Assembly: GCA_043228905.1 (NCBI GenBank)
Contig: JBHGNT010000014.1
Span: forward strand, 12,462,001-12,526,000
Direction: 5' to 3'
Source of the DNA: Azolla caroliniana
Taxonomy: Eukaryota > Plantae > Polypodiophyta
DNA length: 64,000 bases
Shown: piece by piece, positions 49,501-61,900 of the stretch
Layout: every line of letters starts with the position of its first letter
How positions within the stretch are numbered: position 1 is the first letter of the stretch
Program-made: the position numbers and the translations under genes
Notes under the pieces: generated by a model
The model's database searches: none
What the model was told of the DNA's origin: nothing
Seen by the model: the letters and a program-made list of their open reading frames with translations, nothing else

Positions 49501-49859
49501 AACCTGACCTCCAGACCTATGGTACATGTATCCACTTACTGTAAGGATTGGATTCGGCTCGGGAATGTGATTTTTCTTCCCATGCTTTCGGACGATTGAT
49601 AAGGATTCTACCAAAGGCCATAGCCGAAAAGACAATCTCTCGCCAATTCTTCCTGGATAATAATAATCCATAGTTATTGCGTGTGGAAAATGTCGATCAA
49701 AGGTATATATGTGTGAATGGATGGGTAGGCTTTTGCTAGAATCTTCTATTCAGGCAAGACCTAGCCAATCAACTTGGTCTCCTACATGTGTCGACCAATG
49801 TTTGAGAAAGAACGAGGCACCGCCCTTACAAAGTTGATCTTTGCGATTAAATCCCAAAT

Positions 49860-52800
49860 TCAATACTTAGGGGTCCCTTCACGTGTAGTCTCCGCCTTCG
49901 TCGTACCCGGATACGAGGAACTTACACCAGGCATCCTTTGATGAGGAATACTTCCCGTCGAGCCTTCCTTCCCACCATGTGAACCAACCCCTAAGAAATC
50001 CAATGTTGTTCGATCGCCTTCATTTTTCTCTCTTCCAAGTGCACTATCAAGCCCCAACATTGGTGTTGGTGCTTGGGTTGGTGTTGGGTTATTCGGTACC
50101 TTAGAAGCAGTACCTAGAAACATGTCACTATGCCAATTGCTATCCCCTGCGAAACTCCTCGGGTTTCTAGATGAATACGAGACATCAGCAAATAATGCCG
50201 ATCTCGAATTCATGGAGGAGGCTTCAACACTTCCTAATTGTCCATCATAGGACATTGGAGTCCGAAGGGAGTCTCCTCCATGTCTATATGCCCCATAGTC
50301 ATAAGTATGATGAGCCGCCCCACCTTGTTGCGTCGATGAGAGAGGGGCATATCCACGCCACGAACTCGAACTAGATAATGTGGGACCAGCCCATGAATCT
50401 TGACCACTTCCACTCGATACCATTGGGCTCGCGTTCCCTCGTAGACCAAAGTTCCGTAATAAATATGGATTGCTTGCGGTCGCACCCATCATTGCTGCTT
50501 TCTGAAGCAATGCAGTGGCGGGCATTTGACCGCTCGAAGTATGGTGCCGATGATGACTAGATGGTTTCGATGGGTTCCGGAAGTAGTTCGGGCTCATAAT
50601 CGTACTACCACCACCCGAAGGGAGCGAGAATCGAGGGATCGAGGAAGAATTCTCGAGCATGACACCAGAATTCATAGGTAGATCTGAAATGCCGTTGCTT
50701 GGGCCGACCCCATATACCTGCTGTTCGGGATCGCTATTACCAGAAGTCAACATGGATGTGAAAATACCAAGATTCCCATCCAGGAGTGGGGGTCTGGCTT
50801 GATGATTCGCGTCTTGCAAAATAGCCCAATTGCTCGGATTCGTAACTGGCATTGAAATAGGGTTGGGATTTGATTCGGCTAAGCAAGCTAGCCCTGGGGG
50901 ACCAGGGCCTGGTCCAGTCCCTAGGCATAGAGACAATGCTGGACCTTTGCTTGGCTTGTAAGCTTTTTCTCTACCATCTTGAATTCTCCACGTGGGCGAT
51001 ACTGATGATGGAGGGTTGGGTTCGAATGCCAGTTTCACACTAGGATCGGACACTTCATTATGTGATCGAGGTGTTGACGGAGCATCGATGGCTGTATTAG
51101 AAAGGTCCCCCCCTCTCATAGGACCCGATAATGTGTTTGTTTCGTCATTGTGACCACCACTGGATGATTGTTGTTGCTGCTGGATTTCCACTTGCTTGTG
51201 AACTGTGGCTCTTGCACTCTCTTCGGCTAATGCATCACAGAAGGCCCTGTGAGTGATAAAACTGTCCCTCCTGCATGTCATATGAGGAAAAACCCCTTTG
51301 AGATAAGTGTCACACAAATCATATGTAGGTCAAATGCTTAGTAATAGTTTAATGGTGGTAACATAGGAGTGTTTTACTGTAATGAGATGAAGCTATATAA
51401 TGCAACATTGACTGTATGTTACATGGAAAAGCTCTTTAGGAGTTAAAGTTTTTGAAATACTCCCAGATAAGAATCAATGTGGCTCATGTCTGATATTTTC
51501 TGGGGGCATTTTTAATAATATCTTACAATACTAATGGAGAACTTTAATACAAGCAATCCACAAAAGAATATTTGTCGATAGATAATGTTTGGACAATACA
51601 GTACTTCGAAGCTCTCAACGAAAATCGTATATGTGGCACTACACAATTATTCAAGACATTGTCTATCAAACTTGTGTATTATATATGCATGGACAAGTTC
51701 AAAAACATGTAGAATGATTACACGGAGTAAGCTCTAGGCATTCCTCTCTTGGTGTTCCTAATCACTCATGTTTTCTCTACTATGTTTTTACTAGTATCGG
51801 TAACTAACACTATTCCACAATGCAGCTAGAATCATATAGGTGGGGAAATGTCGTAAGAGTTCTTATGCAAATCAATGTGGTTTATCATAACATGGATTGT
51901 AATCAGCACGCAACCTTTCTGCCAGGTCAATGACTTTTCATAAAAATGAAAACAATTTTGGAAAATGATTAGCAACTAAGTAGAAAGATTAGTAAACTAC
52001 TGTGTTGGTTTCATCGATCGATTCGATCAAGTCCTGATCTTCATCAAAATGCTTGCTAACCTGCCTCTAAAGGTTGATTGATCCTTATCACACCATCGAG
52101 TCGAGCCTAGGAAATCCTTACCAGCTTGAAAAATATCAATAAAATCCATTCATCATATCATATCATCATCATTGTAGTCATGGAGTCTACAAAATCCTTT
52201 AACTGACCTCAACAAAGATTGATCAATCTACCCATCATAATCATCATTGAGTGGAAAAAAAATCCTGAACTAAATCTTGATCAATCTAAATCATAATTAT
52301 TGACCCTACCAAATCCGTAACTAATCTTGACAACGAACAATTAATCCATATCATCCTATTACGATAATCATACCACAATTATAAAATGTACATGCACAAA
52401 AGAAATCTCATGTACAAACCTTGAGAATAATGTTCCACAATCACATCGATACTCACGGGTCCCACACACTTTCTGGTGGGCTTTCCAATCCGAATGGACA
52501 GCATATCTCTTCGAGCATTTCTCGCACTTCCATTTCTTCTCTCCATGCTTCCTCGAGAAGTGTTTCTTAATGCCAGTAAGATCTCCAAGTGCCCTAGAAG
52601 GATCATGATGTACGCACGAGATCTCAGGACAAACATAGACTTTTTTCTTCACCTCGATACCATCTACCCTTTGTTTGAGCTTCCATGGAAGGTTGTGACC
52701 TCTCCTATGAAGTTGAAGGTTTTGATCTCTCTGGAAACCCTTACCACAAACCTCACATGAAAACCTATTTGTTGCCATTAGGGTTTTGGGTGAGAGTGCT

Positions 52801-53580
52801 ATAACCTCTGCATCTGGGTCTGTAGAGAGAAGGAAGAAACAGTTATTATTACTACCCATATGAAAGAAGAACATTCAGAAAAGAATTTGATCTTCTTGTA
52901 GAGACAAGTTTAGAACAAGGTAGAGTTTGTAGTAACCCATACGTTAGAGGCAATATTATTTCATGAGTGTGGAAAGCAGAAGCAGAATTATAACAACCCA
53001 AAAGAAGACAACATTCAGAAAAGCCCACAAAATTTCATTTAGAGACAGTATGAGAGCAAATTCAAAGAGAACCCAAAAAAGAAAAATATCAAAGGAAAGA
53101 AAATCCAATTAGAGAATAGATTAGATCATGTATGAGGAAAGGAAACGTTAATCACAACCCACCCATATATCAAGAAAAACACATCAAAGAAAAGAAACCC
53201 ATTAGGTATACAAAGGATTAGAGCAAAGTGAATCATGACCCAAATGAAGAAGATATTGAAAACAAGAAGAAGAAGAAGAAGAAGAAGTAGAAGAGTATCC
53301 ATTTAGAGATAAATGTTAGCAGAGCAAAATGGCTCAAAACCCATTTAATAAAGAAACAGGACTCAGAAGAAAAAGCCAATTTAGAGGTAAATGTTAGAAT
53401 ATATCTATCTGTATTATATATAGAGAGAGAGAGACAGAGAGACAGAGAGACAGAGGGAATTGATTTACCTGGGGTACCAGGGAGATTTCTCTTCTTCTTC
53501 ACTGTGCTATTACCTCCCTCCTCAGCACTATTTGTGGCCATTGAAGCAAATCCAGAAGCTTCTCCAGATGCAGAGGACAT
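49860..53580 (-). CDS. IDD: INDETERMINATE DOMAIN (IDD/BIRD) C2H2 zinc-finger transcription factor, 640 aa; exons 53580-53469, 52819-52420, 51270-49860
   Basis: KKKRNLPGTPDPDAEVIALSPKTLMATNRF; four-finger ID domain (CEVCGKGFQRDQNLQLHRRGH...CDCGTLFSRRDSFITHRAFCDALAEE); MPATALLQKAA and TLDFLGVG motifs; GT-AG introns in phases 1 and 2 at the usual IDD positions; spliced length 1923 nt. Confidence 0.95.
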
Positions 53581-53778
53581 GATAACATATATATAAGATA
53601 TGATAATGTTCTTCTTTCTTCCTCTACTCTATGTATATTCTATTTACAAAGATTTTACAATATGAAGCTTAAACCCAGAAATTTGAGCAAAGAAACTCTA
53701 TATCTTCCTTCAACAGATTTCTCAATCTAGTCATAGAAAAAAGATTTACATAGAATCCCTCTTCTTCTTCTTCTTCAC

Positions 53779-53781
<3 letters not shown>

Positions 53782-53834
<53 letters not shown>
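53782..53834. repeat. (CT)n/(GA)n tract in the IDD 5' UTR/promoter
   Basis: Perfect run about 200 bp upstream of the ATG; GAGA tracts are typical BBR/BPC sites. Confidence 0.85.
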
Positions 53835-53837
<3 letters not shown>

Positions 53838-55297
53838 CTTCTCACTAATTACCCTCTCCCTCTCTCTGTCTCTGTCTCTCTCTTTTTGACTACTTTTCTC
53901 TTCTCATGGCTGCATTAATTATCTCCCCTCCCCCTTTCTGGACCACACTACACACCTCACAAACTGTGCTCATTAATGGTTAAAGTAATTGTCATTAAGC
54001 TCCCCGTAATTACCTTGCCACATCCAAAAGTTGTGATTAAGATCAGCTTAATCACCTTGCTAATCTTGGGTTAATTGCTAGATCTCCCTTCTGCCCCCCC
54101 CCCCCCCCCCAATAAAAAATAAAAAATAAAATAAAACACAGTGTGTTTAAAGGAATTGAGATCAAAGCTTAAGATCCCTTTTAATTATTTACTTTGCTAA
54201 TAATGTTGGTCAAATGTTAAGATCATCTTTAATTTTCTTTTTGCAAATGTTTAGGTTAATGAAGGGATGAGAAAAAAAAAGAAAGGAAGGAAGAGGGGTG
54301 GGTCTCAAAATGTTTACCCTTTTTTTGTTCTTCTTTTTTTAAGGGCTAACTAAGTCTTTAGTGACAACTACAATTACATACATATCTCCATCTCCATCTC
54401 CATCTCTATCTCTATCTCTAGCTATCTCTATCTCTTTGTATCTAGTCTATCTGTAAAAGAAAAAAAAGGTGCTTCCTTTCTCTCTTCTTTATCCTTCCAT
54501 GTTCTGTATCATATCACATCATATCTATCTACCCTTGGGGTTTACTAAACAATGATGCTCAAATCATATATACCCCCCCCCCCCCCCCCACCCCAATCAT
54601 TATAGCTTAATCATCATTCATTTTTTTCGATGCCTTCTGCCGAAAATGACCCGATCATGATGCGATTTCTCCCCCAAGTTTAACCAATACTGCAAGTTGT
54701 CAAAGCACACACATACAGTACACACGCAAATAAAGGCGTGTTACTACTCCATTGATGACTCGACTATATAGTCATCATCTTTTGCCCATTTCTCTCAATT
54801 GTTGTCCTCAAGGTTTGCACGAGCATACATACCTACATATGGTCGTACAAGTTGTCTCTCAATCACCCCATGTGATTAGTAGTTTTAACTATGTCGAGTA
54901 ATCTCTTTCTCTCTTAGCAAGCATAGGGGTTTGTGGGAGGAGGGAAAGAGGTGCATCAACGTATATTTGTGTGTTGGAAATCATTCACATCCGAATTACG
55001 CTCCTATTCGTTGGCCATAACACGAAGTTGCCATTGGGAATGAGCGCTCAATTGTACTATCCTGAACTAAATCTTTGAATGTGCATCATGATTAAAGTCA
55101 TGGTAATTTTTTATAAGAATGAACAAACATATTAGTCTAAGAGTATGGCACCTTTTTAAGCATGGCACATAAACTGCATGTGTTGAGCATCTACTCACAA
55201 ACTAGCTTTTTTTACAATTTCTGAGTAATTTCCAAGGATATCTTATTGCTAATCGGAAGGCACTGAACATGTATTTGCCTTTTGGTAATGCCATAGT

Positions 55298-55910
55298 ACC
55301 TTATCTTGAAAAAGAAAAACATCCTCTAATTCTCACTCGAGTAAAAACAAGTAATATGAGACATAAAATTTCGTCATTCTGTTTCAAAAATCACGTGATA
55401 GAATAAACTTATTTTGATATAATTTCCTAGCCTCACGTCTTATCACAATCCTCTTTCTCATTTGCTCGGTCTTAACTTTTGTTTCAACAATACTTAACTA
55501 TCGTGGAAGAAATGGATGCAACGCTTGTGGGACAAGTGGTTGTACACACAATTTACCGAGTTTAATTTTTACATTTTTACATTTGAATTTGCATATAATG
55601 CCACCTTATTTTAGAGCGTGTTTGAAAGGCTCCCATTTTGGAGAGGCGAAACAATAAAACAACAAGAGTCAAATGTGGGAATGAGACAAGAGACTCTTCA
55701 ATAGTGGCTAATGCCTTATTATTTATGCTCTAATGTGACTCAAGCAACTTAACCTTATCTTCAAAAGGGAATTCTCTCTAATTTTAACTCAAGTAAAAGC
55801 ATGTCATATGGGACATAAACTTTCGTCATTATGTTTCTAAAAACACGTGGTATAAATACTTATTGTGACATACTTTCTTGGCCTTAGATCTTATCAATAT
55901 CCAACTTCAT
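55298..55910. repeat. Diverged direct repeat of about 160 bp (about 55298-55460 and 55752-55910)
   Basis: ATATGAGACATAAAATTTCGTCATTCTGTTTC..CACGTG versus ATATGGGACATAAACTTTCGTCATTATGTTTC..CACGTG. Confidence 0.6.
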
Positions 55911-58900
55911 CTCTCTCTCTCTCTCTCTCTACCTTAGATTTTGTACTAAGAACAAGACTCAAAACTAATAAGAGTGACATTGCACACTTTACCCATATGA
56001 TCTTGACCTTTTTGCACTTCACTATGTACACTTTTACCTATTGTAAATTTGACCTTTCTATAGTTGAATTTTGTGTATATAATTATGTCTTATTTTAGCT
56101 AGTTGGATTTTTAATTTCCACATTTGGGAGATAATGGAATGCCTTCCTTTTTTGCAAACATTATAGTTGAATGGCTAATGGCTTATTCTAGATTTTCTTA
56201 TATGATCTCTTATTTATCATTTCACCAAAGCGCTAAAAATACATGACAAATCGTTGTTTATACTTAAAGGCAAATGTGCTAGGGAAGTAAAAAGCTTAGT
56301 GTACATAGGGTACATACATAAGGTTGTTTAATGTGTGATCTAGCCTATCTTCTATAAGATGAAGGAGAGAGGCAAATCACTAAGATGAACACTTTAAGTT
56401 ACAATAGGCTAGGCATGGCGATGACAAAATGATGTCAAAGCTCCCTTGAATTGAAGTGATATAATGAAGATGATATTGGGGTCTGATTGTGCTAAAGCCA
56501 AGAGACAAGGAAGTTTGACAAGGTTGTGGGTGTTGAGAGAAAGGATAGCAAATGAACAAATGCAAAAAACAATCATACCCCTATTGAAGAAAGGTTTCAT
56601 CTACTAAGACTTGAAACCCTTCACAATGAAACCATCTCTTGATGACAAAACACCCCAATGAATGATGAAACTATCTCTCTTAGTCAACTCTTGATGACAA
56701 ACACAATTAGAGTGTGGCTACTTCAGAATATCTTAGATTTAATGGCATGAGCTATTTGCAATTAGAATTCATGCAATAAATAATATGAAGCATGTGCAAA
56801 CCATGCCAAATTACATGTAGCAATTTGCAAATGTGGCCTCATCGGCAACTCTAGGAAAGATAAAAAGACTTCCATAATAGGTTGTCCAAATAACCATGAA
56901 TTTGAGAAAGAGAACATTTAGAGAGTGAGAACCAAAAAATATAGAAAGAGGATGTAAACAACAAACATGTCATAGGGAGGAAAGTAAAAATCATGACATC
57001 ATTGTATTGGAATTTGCATGCCAAGGCATGGTTCAAGAAGCATAAGTTATCACTCTCCCCACAATTGTATGTCTTCTTCATTGTTTACAAGAAAATTCTT
57101 ATGCTTTGGGGGAAAGTCAACCTTATAGAGGTAACATGATTTCAATGACACTTCGAGAGAGGCTTCAAAAGCAAGCAATTTTCTAACTATCCTACATAAA
57201 CTATTGTTAAATAGAACATCCAAATCCAACCACAAGAAAGTAAAATATTTTCACAAGAAGTTTATGCATAACATGCCCCATCCATGCAAAGAAATTCAAA
57301 CAAAATATGTTCAATTTGTCAAAAGCAAGCATATGGTAAATGATCGCAAATGACTTTATGTATGGAAAAATTGGGGGATACGTATACCAAAAACAATTGT
57401 CACCATAATAGTGATGCATCATAAAACAATATGTCACCTATATCTATGAGAATACATAGTATATTTTACACTCATCTATTATATACAAAGAACAACCTAT
57501 AATTGTAATCCCCAACATCATACCATGTATTAATTATGCTGAAGAAGATAATTACTTTACAAACAAGAATGAATTTAATATAATAAACCATTACAATTGT
57601 CAATACTCATGAAGGTGATTAGTCAAAGAATGATATTACAATCTATTCATAATGTGAAACCAGCTTCATTATCTACGCATTGAATTAGTGTGTGTGGACA
57701 CTTTGGCCCGCTTTTTTGTAAATATACAAACACAATTTTACGATGGGAGAATAGGTCACAATAACATTTAAAAATTTATGGTCTTAAGCTCTCTGGTATA
57801 CCACAAGGTTATTAGTCCGAACATATAAAGTCCAATCGTTGTTTAGATATATTCACTTGATATAGAGAGTCCTTTATTGAGCGCGACCTTTGTTGTTTTA
57901 CCTTATATCAAGAACCTAGAAACGGATAGTTTCGCTTTCAACTATGGCTTTACAAATTCACTTTTCAAACCAAGGGTTAAAAACAACATTGCCTTCCTCG
58001 AGGTCATGGAAAAAAGGTACAATAGTAAAAATTGGCAACGTAAATGCAATCTTAGCATTAATATGTAAACAAATGTTGAGGTGAATATTCAACAATGAAA
58101 GATATCAAAATATACGTAAATATATAAATCATATGGCAACATGGTTCTTCAATACCCCAATGTCAACCTCATCGATCAAATCACATAATGTACGGATGCC
58201 CTTTTTTTTCTCTTCTTTATTTTGCAACAAAAATCAAACAAATTCATTGATTGTAAGAACAACTTAAGTGAAGAGTGCCACCATATACTTTAGTAGTTTC
58301 TCAAGTATATTTGAGGAAGAGACAAGTCTTGCAGCCAATATCCTAAATTATTCCATCCTATGACATAACAATTCAAGAATACATCAATGTGCTTAGAATT
58401 TGGCATAGTTCATGACAAGGCAAGTGATAAATCATGACTAAATTAGTTCACAAGAAGACAAGTGACTTAACATGACTAAACTTGGAGGTCAAATCGAATG
58501 GTGCACCTCAATGAAGCTAGTGATGAATTAGTTTCAACGCGGTCACTTAAAGACAAAAATTATACTAAGAAATTATAAATGTCTAATGGAAACTACCTTT
58601 TGATACCAAATGATCACATAGCCTCACAAGAAGTACAATGTAGAAAATTTACAAATCACATTTGACATTAAAAATAACTCAATACTTAACATTATGCATA
58701 TGCTTGCATGTAGGTTCTAGAGCCATGGAAAGCAAGGGACAACTAGTGGGAAAGTGTAAACGTAAGGAAGTAGAAGAAAAAGGAAGTCATTGTATTCAAT
58801 GCATGCACTTATGAGGGACTGGTGGCCGAAGCATATCATTGGTTGTTTACATGTCAAAAAACATTCCTACAATTCAACAAAATGCATGAAAATTTACTAG

Positions 58901-58922
58901 AGGTCTCCTTGGCATACATATG

Positions 58923-61900
58923 TGTTACGAATGCGCTCCGGCTCTTCTTAATGCACAACAGATCGTGATGTGCTGGATCGTTTAGTGTGCTCAAGACATA
59001 AAAGGAAGGGGGAAGAGGACTCACCTTTGTAACAACCCAGAAGCTTCTATTACATTACACGCAGAGAAAACCTCTCTCGTCAGTTTTCTGTTTTTCTTCT
59101 CTTCGCTCTTCTACTTCCCTACTCTCTCTTACTTTTTTTACCTAAGTATATAAGTCACTTACATAAGCAACTAATTAGCTGTGAGTAGCTAAATAGCTGT
59201 GCATAGCTAAATAGTTGTAGATAGCTAAATAGCTGTTTTGCCTATATGTCCACTAGTAGCTAATTTTCCTAATATCTACTATAGAAGATCTTATTTCCCA
59301 ATAAGCATCACAAGCTTTTGTTGAGCTTGTTTCTCAACACTCACCCTCAAGCTCAACTTATCCTTTCTTGAGGTCATATTCAGTCTTCTTTCCTTCATGC
59401 TTTCCAGCTATCATACCAATGTTTATAACTCCTATCATGTCCCGAAACTGTGTATGTTTTTCTATGCTCAATCCTTTCGTAAGAATATCAACAACTTGCT
59501 GATTTGTGCTTACATACAGCAGATCCACTTCTCCATCAATCACTTTTTCCCTAACAAAGTGATAATGCACTTTAATGTGCTTTGTTCTCGCATGGAACAC
59601 TAGGTTTTTTGCAAGCTGAATGCTGCTCATATTGTCACACCCAATTGTGACTACACCATCTATATACTCTCCCAAATCAACAAGCTATCTTCTGATCCAT
59701 ACCTCTTCACATGTGCCTATTGCAGCTCCTCTATATTCAGCTTCAATACTCGATAATGCAACAGTAGCTTGTTTCTTGCTACTCCATGAAATAGTTGCAC
59801 TTCCCAATGTAAACATATATCCACTTGGGGATCTTCTATCAGTTTGGCTTCTAGAACAATCAACATCTGTATATCCTTCCAGCTTTATGTCCAGATCCTC
59901 CCTGTAAAACAATCCATAGTTCTGAGTAGCTTTTACATACCTCAAGGTTCTTCTAATGCAATCCAAATGTGGCTTTGTTGACTGTTGCATAAACTGGTCG
60001 ACTAATCCAACAACATAACTCAAATCAGGTCTTGTTATAGTCAAATATATGAGGCTGCCCACCATAGACCTGTACATGTTTATATATTCTATTTTGGCAC
60101 CCAAATCAGCCCTCAATTTGTAGTTCTTATCTAGTGGTACATCAATAGGTTTGCATCCAACCATACCATACTTCTTCAACATAGTTGTTGCATACTGTTT
60201 TTGCAACATATATATGCCACTTTCAGATCGAATCATCTCAATACCAAGAAAGTATCTCAACTCTCCTAAATCTTTCATATGAAATTGCATTTCAAGATTT
60301 TTCTTTAGCTTCCTTATTTCATCCATAGAATCACCTCCAATGATTAAATCATCTACATAAATCAAAATCACAACAATGCAATCATTCATCTTCTTTATAT
60401 AAAATGATGGATCAACCTTTGATATTTTGAAGGCAAATTTTTTCAGAGATTCCGAAAGTTCTTTGTGCCATACTCTCGGTGCTTGTTTCAGTCCATAGAG
60501 AGCCTTTTTCAGCTTACAAACATATTCTGGATGCTTCTTATCTTCAAATCCTGGCGGTTGACACATGTATACTTCCTCTTCCAAGTTACCATGTAAAAAG
60601 GCATTTTTTACATCCATATGGTGTAGAACCCATCTTTTGGCTGCACTTACAGCAAGTAGTGTCCTCAATGTTGCCATCTTTGCAATTGGTGCAAATGTTT
60701 CATCATAATCAATTCCTTGCATCTGGGCACATCCCTTTGCCACAAGTCTTGCTTTATGTCTATTTACATTCCCATTGGAATCATGCTTTGTTTTGTAGAC
60801 CCATTTGCAACCTACAACATTTTTTCCTTTTGGTAACAATCTTTACTAAATCCCATGTTTTATTTTCAACCAATGCATCTATTTCTTCTTGCATTGCATT
60901 CACCCATTTCTTATTAGACTTTGCTTCATCAAACTGATTTGGATCAAGAATTTGTACCAGTTTAGACATTTATGCATAATGCATAGCCATGTATGTATCA
61001 TAACCAAATCTTTCAACAATCCTTCTCTCTCTATATGATCTCTCAGTTTCTGATTTGCATATTTCATTGCCTTTTCAATACCAAGGATTTTCAAGGCTCA
61101 TATACACAACTCATCATCCAATGATATATCTGAATCTACATCTTCCATGTTTCTAGATCCTTCATCAAACATTTCATATTCTGGCATCTTCTGTTTTCCC
61201 TTTTTAACATCTTTTTTTTCTGTCTTGCATTCTTTCCACTCTAAGCATTTGATTCAGATTTACTACTAGAGTTTTCAGATGGTCCAATACATTCTATTGA
61301 TGTTGAACTTTGCTGTCCAACATTGCTTCCATTTCCATGGTTATCACTTCCATTTTCAGGTTTGTTCCTGTCTTCATTTTCATTGTCTTCATTAGTTTCT
61401 ACATTTTCTTTTGAGCTGTACTAGTTGCCCAACTCATCAAATATTACATCACGGCTCACTAAAATATTTTTTGTCAATGGATTATAGCATCTATACCCTT
61501 TTTGCTCCTCTGAATATCCAACAAGAACACATTTTTTAGTTTTTGGATCAAGCTTACTTCTTACTTTAGCGGGTACACGGACATAGGCAAGGCATCCAAA
61601 CACTTTTAAGTGTCCTAAACTAGGTTTCCTTCCATAGAAACATTCTTCAAGAGTTATTTCATGTACTCTAGATGTTATACATCTATTTAGAATAAAGTTT
61701 GTTGTGTTTACAACTTGCTATGTTCACCAAAGTTCTATTTTTTCTCTCAGCCACTCCATTTTGTTGTGGAGTAGATCTACATGTGAATTGTCTCCTTATT
61801 CCTTGATTGCATAGAAAATTAGAAAATTCATTTGAGAAGTATTCTCCTCCATCAGATCTTAAACATTTTATTCTAGTTCTAGCCTGCTTTTCTACCATGC

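Noticed and set aside
51271-51317. N-terminal extension MCDTYLKG.. of ORF 49860-51317 as a stand-alone gene
   Set aside because: It is intron read-through; the CAG acceptor at 51271 joins exon 2 to give the conserved FSRRDSF.
55865-58900. Additional gene upstream of IDD
   Set aside because: Only short low-complexity ORFs; no recognisable domain or consistent exon chain.
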